Shown piece by piece: positions 56,307 through 64,000 of a DNA stretch of 64,000 bases (its first letter is position 1; the number at the start of each line of letters is the position of its first letter). Below the pieces are notes generated by a model. It searched no databases. It was not told the DNA's origin and was given only the letters and a program-made list of their open reading frames with translations. The stretch lies in assembly GCF_009914755.1 (NCBI RefSeq), contig NC_060931.1; one strand, written 5' to 3'. A program made the translations under genes and the position numbers. Source of the stretch: the human T2T-CHM13v2.0 reference genome, Homo sapiens.

Positions 56307-56424
56307 AGGCAGTTATTGCCCTGTGCAATAACCTTCACTAATGTGAGGTGAGAGTCAATGAGTAAATTTTCACTCCTTTCTTTCCCTGGATGTACAGTCC
56401 TGAGTTACTTTTAGGCATCAAGCT

Positions 56425-56898
56425 GTATTCATTTTCTGTTGCTGCTGTAACAAATTGCCACAAACTTAGTGACTTAGAATAATGCAAATTTTTTATCTCC
56501 AGTACTTTAGGTCACAAGTCTAGGTTGGCTTGATGGGTTTCTCTGCTCTGGGTTTCAGAAGACTAAAGTCAAGGTATCTGCTGGCTTAGATTCTTTGCTG
56601 AATGCTCTGAGGAGAATCCAATTCCAAGCTTATTTGTGTTGCTGGAAGAATCCATGCCATGTCTCCAAGACTGCTCTTGTCTCCAGTTAGGGAAGTTCTC
56701 TGCCTCTAAGAGCATATGTGATTAGATTGGGCTGGCTCATCTATTAATTTCAGATAATCTCCCTATTTTAAGATCAGCTTTTTAGTCACCTTAATTACAT
56801 CTGCAAAGCCCTTTCATAGTAGTGCCTATATTTGAGTTTGGTTAAATAACCAGGTGATGAGTATCTTCGGGGAGATCTTTAGAATTCTGACTATCACA
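56425..56898 (-). mobile_element. MLT1 solo LTR
   Basis: tgtattcattttctgttgctgctgtaacaaattgccacaaacttagtgactta...ccttaattacatctgcaaa. Confidence 0.85.
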
Positions 56899-57344
56899 TA
56901 ACCAGTCATCCATGGTGGTAGCCAACTTGACAACCCGTCTTTGTATTAGCTTTCTATGCTTTCCTGCTTTGCTTTCACTATCTCTTACCTTTACTTCCTA
57001 GATCATAGCTGCCAATAAAGTGTTGGAGTTTGAGCTTTGTCTCAGGCTCTGCATATTGGGGAACCTGTCTATAGTACTTGTAGTGGACCTTTAGAGTAGG
57101 CTTCAGGATGGGATTCTGAAACTGGTTTGCTCACAAGTCAGATGGCCATAAGGGACCCATTCCTGAAGTCATGCAGCAGCATGGCATAACCTCTGGCATT
57201 TCAATTACCGAAGTTCTCACCTGTGGTTTGATGCAGTGAGATACAGGTGGCAAATAAGATTGTAGGTTACACTCTGCTTATGGCACTTGAATGATACTGG
57301 AATAATGATAATCCTATAAATTGTGGACAGGGCTCTTCTTTCAT

Positions 57345-57860
57345 CTTAAAAATTGAACATTTTTTTCTTTTGAGATAATTGTAGATCCATAGACAGGCAT
57401 AAAGAAATACAGAGAGATACTGTGTACCTTTTATCCCCCAATGATAATACCTAATAAAACTATAGTACAATATCGCAACCAAAACATTGACATTCATACA
57501 GTCAAGTTACGGAAGATTTCCATCATCACAAGGATCCCTCATGTTGCTTTCTTATAGTCACATTAATTTCTCCGGAACTCCCAGATGCTTTATCCCCTGA
57601 CACCCACTAATCTGTTTTCCATTTCTATAATTTTGTTCTTTTAAGAACACTACATAAATTGAATCACATGGAATGTAAAATTGGAGATTTTTTCTGACTC
57701 AGTGTAATTATCTAGAGATTCAGCTGAGATGTTGTGTGTACCAATAATTTGTTTCATTTTACTGCTGAATAGTATTTCATGGTATGAATGTGCTGCAGTT
57801 TGCTCAGCCATTTACCCACTGAATGACATTTGAGTTGTTTCCATTTTTTTGTTATTGAGT
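57345..57860 (-). mobile_element. L1MB/MC 3' fragment
   Basis: ttgagataattgtagatccata...catcacaaggatccctcatg...gctgaatagtatttcatggtatg. Confidence 0.8.
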
Positions 57861-58409
57861 TTTAATTTAATATCATTGTGGTCAGAAAACATATGCCCTA
57901 AGAATTCAATATTTATTTTTAAGTTAGATTAGATTATGATAAATTTCATAATTTCAGTGATCCCATGGGATTAAGCAATCAGTCACACATATGGACAGCC
58001 AACTTCATAACACATCATTGTTCTGGCCTTCCCTGCTTCACTACCATTGTTTCTCATGCTTGCTCCATGGATCACACTCTTTAATAAGATATTGGCACAT
58101 GAGCTTTTTTCTCAGGCTCTGCTATTTGAGAAACCTAGGTCAAGACAGGTGTAATTGCGTGTTAGCCTCTTATGGTTGCTCGCCATAATCTCAGAACATG
58201 CTTTGTGTACTAGTGCCCCTTGTCAGGAAGGTGAGATAGAAGCTGGGAAGCTGGGGAGGAGGTTCCAACATTAGTTTAATGTGTTCTTGGTGATTCCTCA
58301 GGGCCTGAAGCACATAGTGAATTACAAAAGGTAAATCAATAATCTAGGAGAAAAAGTTTATTACTTTGCAGAAGGGGCAAAACAATAGGGAATACATTTT
58401 AGAAAATCA

Positions 58410-59215
58410 TTTTGAATATATATCCAAAGGAATTGAAATCAGTGTGTGAAAGAGATGCCTGCACTTTCATGATCATTGCAACTTTATTCACAATAGCTAA
58501 GATATGAAATCAATCTAAGTGTCTATCAATGGTAAACTGATTTTTAAAATGTGGTGTATATACACAATGGAATACTATTCACTATTTCATTAAAAAAGGA
58601 AATTCTGTCATTTGTAACAGCATAGATGAATGTAGAGGACATTATGCTAAGTGAAAAAAGTCAGGCATAGAAAGACAAATACTATACGAACTCATTTATA
58701 TGTGAAACCTATAGAAGTTGGTCTCATAGAGATAGAGAGTAGGATGATGGTTCCCAGGGGATAAGTGTGGAAGGAGAGTAGATAGGGAAAGGAGAGATGT
58801 TAGTCAAAGGATACAAAGTTTTCAGTTAGACAGGATGAATCAATTCCAGTGATCTATTACACAGTATGGTGAAATATAGTTAATGGTAATATATTGTATA
58901 TTTCAAAATTGTTAAAATAAAAAAAATTGTGAATGTTCTCACCACAAAGAAATAACAAATATGTGACTTGGTGGATTTGTTAATTAGTCTGATTTAATCA
59001 CTCCACTAAGTGTACATGTAGCATAACATCAAAGTTTGCCCAATGTACTATGTTCACTGCTTCAGTGATAGGATAATTTGTACCCCAGAAATCTCAGTGT
59101 CACACAATATACTCACATGAAAAACCTGCAATATACCCTCTGAATCTAAAATAAAAGTTGACATAAAAATATTTACCCAATAAATATAAACAATTATTAT
59201 TTGTCAACTAAAAAG
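58410..59215 (+). mobile_element. L1MA 3' end with a nested small L1 3' piece (~59045-59165)
   Basis: tttattcacaatagctaagatat...gacattatgctaagtgaaa...tttcagttagacaggatgaat...tgttctcaccacaaagaaat. Confidence 0.85.
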
Positions 59216-59231
59216 AAATGAAAAGAAAAAA

Positions 59232-59545
<314 letters not shown>

Positions 59546-59789
59546 TCATCCTGAGATAAATTATTTTGGAGACCATATTTAAAAATTATTAATTAAGGCC
59601 AGAAAAATCATGTCTTAGAGCCCTTAGGTATAGTTGATCATCACGGTATGCATGAACTCTGGAAAAATTAGGATTTGTTTTTAATCTATCATGAACTGAA
59701 CAAAAGTTTAACCAGTAAATTGTACTTTTAATTTAGAATATTGAAAACACAAATTTAGATTGTCAGATTAGAATCAGTGGTGTTATATG

Positions 59790-61380
59790 TGTTTGTTGTC
59801 AGCCACTCATGAATACAGATAATAATGAGAAGAAAGATATCATGCCTGGTAGGATTTTTCCAGTCTCAGACAGTGACTCAGGGTATTTCCAAGGTCCCTC
59901 AGCAGAAGAAAGAAATGAAGTGTTTGGAAGTACTGATATCCTCAGAAGGATGTTGGAGAGTAGAGTATATAGACTACTGAAGAAGGCAGGGTTGGAACTG
60001 ACCTTGTAAGGGTTGGCACTGCTGCAACTTTGTGACATATGAGGAACACATTGTGTCTTAACTGGGGATGAGCCCACAGCCTGGAAATATTTCTGAGGTT
60101 AGAGTGTTGAAGTCCTATGGATCCTTTAAGAGAGAGAGAGGTGGGAAGAAACCTGTGAGCAACCATACTGAGAACTCGTGTTGGATATTGGATTTTCTCA
60201 GCCCTCATAATATTTCACATAAATTTCAACTTGGAAGGCTTGAAGTGGTATCATAACAGGAGTACCCCCAAGTAAAGGAGACCATAGCATCAGTTAGGTT
60301 GATTCAGTCTGACAATGAGATCATAAATTAAAATTCTTAGCTGTCAAGAAGGATATGTGGGTTAAATTTTCAGATTTATATGAAATGCAGTACTCTTTTA
60401 TACTAGGTTTGTGCAAAAGTGATTGCAGTTTTTGCCATTAAAAGTTAATGCCAGTAACTTTGCCGTTAAAAGTTTGCCATTAAAATTAATGGCAAAAATC
60501 GCAATTACTTTTGCACCGACCTAATAGTATAGACAAACATAAAATGCTCACTAGTGTCCTTACCACTGCTAAATTGAGCATAAATAGGCAGCAATGGATA
60601 GCAGCTCTAGAAACTATCATCTTTGCATTTATGATTGGTCAGGCCTGAGAAACAGAAATGTAAATGTTTCATTGCATTACCAGTCTCAAGTCTCTTGTCA
60701 TTTGGGATGAAAAAGACTTACATCCTGAAGGCTGTACTACCTATCGGCAGCCATGAGTTATGTAACCTAAAACTTTCACAGTCATTCCACATGAGACTGG
60801 AAGTCTGGCAAAGAGCCCAGTGGAAAGATTCAAGGTGACAGAAAATAGTGGAGGCTTCAAGTAAGGAAAAAATGAGTCTTTTCTAAAGGCCAGAACCTTG
60901 CTCCAGAAATGGCAGAAACTAACACTAACTAATGAGGGTTTCCAGAAGGTTCTGTTATACCTCATAAACGGGTTGTGGAAAGAGCTAATACTTTCTCAGC
61001 TACATCACCTCTGGGTACTAAGGATATGTATGACGATTGTACCATTGAACTCTGGCTAAACTAACCAGAAAATGAATGTATTACAATGCTATTATGCAGC
61101 TCACAGGTTTGACAGGAAAGTTAAAGACCTTAGCTCAGATAATGGGCAGACTCCAGGGAGTATGGGAAGCAGACAGCATATCCACTGTTGTGCCACAGGA
61201 ATATCTGTTAGAATCCCACTCCAGTGCCTGGTGCCATATTGACTCCGCCACCATGAACTATCTCTAACTTTCTCTGTGTTTTCAGGTTTCTTCTTCCACA
61301 TTCAAAATCCCAGTTAAGGAGGAGAACATCTGGTGTCCTTTAAATTTTCATAGTGGGATTAAATTTCTGCTTCTCACAAA
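59790..61380 (-). mobile_element. ERVL-class internal (gag/pro-like) remnant
   Basis: Antisense ERVL-like signatures (actggggatgagcccac, ttccacattcaaaatcccag); degenerate, no long ORF. Confidence 0.5.
60401..60526. mobile_element. MADE1 with expanded loop; miR-548-type hairpin
   Basis: taggtttgtgcaaaagtgattgcagtttttgccatt ... aatggcaaaaatcgcaattacttttgcaccgaccta; TA flanks. Confidence 0.9.
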
Positions 61381-61399
61381 CACTCATGTGCTGTGGCGT

Positions 61400-61716
61400 T
61401 TTGTTTTTATTTATTTATTATTTAAATTTTTAAATTTTTTTAGAGATGAGGGTCTCATTCTGTTGCCTAGGCTGGAGTGCAGTGGTGCAAACACAGCTCA
61501 CTGCAGCCTTAAACTCCAGGGCTCAAGTGATCCCCTCACCTCAGCCTCCTGAGTAGCTGGCACCATAGGTACGTGCCACCATGCCGAGCTAATTATTTTC
61601 TATTTTTTGAGTTTCTCTTTGTTGCCTAGGCTGGTCTCAAACTCCAGGTTTAAGCAATCCTTCCACTTCAGCCTTCCAAAGTGCTGGGATTACAGGCATG
61701 AGCCACTGTGCCCGGT
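61400..61716 (-). mobile_element. AluJ
   Basis: cacagctcactgcagccttaaactccagggctcaagtgatcc; diverged. Confidence 0.9.
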
Positions 61717-62402
61717 CTTGTTTGGTTTTAACAATATAAATGGGATCTGTTTGCTGGGCAACCAAAGATGACTGTCAAATGTCAATCCTGTCCGTGCCAC
61801 TGGCTGCCCAATATCTGACATGCATTCTTCCTCCTCTAATTGCATGTCACTGAAAAAACTTATAAAATATTGAAGCTATTTATTATTTGTTTTTTAAAAA
61901 CAGAATTTGTTTAGATATCTGTCAGAGTTTGGAGTTTTCTTTGTGGGGAAGGTTTTATATTAGTGATTTAGTTTCTTTAATATTTAGTTTGCATTATAGA
62001 AATTGTAAATATTTAACCATGTAGGTCTGTTTAGATATCTATTTCTCCTGTCCATTTTGTTAAGTCGTATTTAATAAAAGTATGGTCATATCTTCTATAT
62101 GTTCATATGTATTGGCATAAAATTGTTTCTAATATGTTGATATAGTCTTATTTACTGTTATATTGCCTTGAAAATCTCCAGTGACGCCACCTTTTCCAGC
62201 TCTGATACTCTTATATTTGTGCCTTCTCCCTTTTATTGATTAGTCTTATTAGATGTTATCAATTTTCAACAAACCACCTTTTTTGTTGATTTTAGTTGTC
62301 AGAGACTCATTGTCTACTTCACTAATTTCTGCCCTTATTTTTCTTATTTCCTTTCTTGCGCATTGAGGTTGATTTTGCAGGTTTTTGTCATAACTTTTTG
62401 AG

Positions 62403-63810
<1,408 letters not shown>

Positions 63811-63814
63811 TGGG

Positions 63815-64000
63815 GTGGGGTGGGAACAAGGAATTAGTCAAAGGACACAAAATTTTAGTTAGATAGGAGGAATAAATTCAAGAGCTTTATTGTACAACAT
63901 AGTGACTATAGTTAATAATATATTGCATTCTTGAAAAATGCTGAGAGTGGATGTAAAGTGTTCTCACCACAAAAATAATAACTATGTAACATAATGCATA
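63815..64000 (+). mobile_element. L1MA 3'UTR fragment (runs off the window)
   Basis: gtcaaaggacacaaaattttagttagataggaggaataaattcaagag...tgttctcaccacaaaaa. Confidence 0.85.

Noticed and set aside
58211-58227. CTCF-like agtgccccttgtcagg (also caactaggggcact near 5200)
   Set aside because: These mismatch the invariant core positions; expected by chance.

Overview
This is AT-rich human genomic DNA; a human-specific AluYb8 is present. I can support no protein-coding exon. Most of the window is interspersed repeat: old L1M/L1ME/L1PB LINEs, L2, MIR, Alu J/S/Y, MLT/MST/MER57/LTR12/ERVL LTRs and MER5A/MER58/Tigger/MADE1 DNA transposons. The ORF track is repeat-derived noise. The one structure that repeat annotation does not explain lies at ~13.4-25 kb. 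It is an ancient, degenerate tandem array of about five 1.5-3 kb units with the order [MLT1 end]-[L1ME 3' piece]-[unique ~130-bp core]-[MIR]-[LTR-like piece]; a sixth, inverted unit sits at ~53.5-54.5 kb. Each core carries a strongly conserved motif, TGTCCTGYAGGTGCCAC (7 copies: 6 on the - strand, 1 on the + strand). The motif reads both as a near-consensus CTCF site and as a 3' splice acceptor. The array is therefore either a duplication-built divergent CTCF anchor cluster/boundary or a repeated-exon lncRNA. The motif region was also locally re-copied twice by templated insertions. Repeat subfamily names and boundaries were assigned by eye and are approximate.
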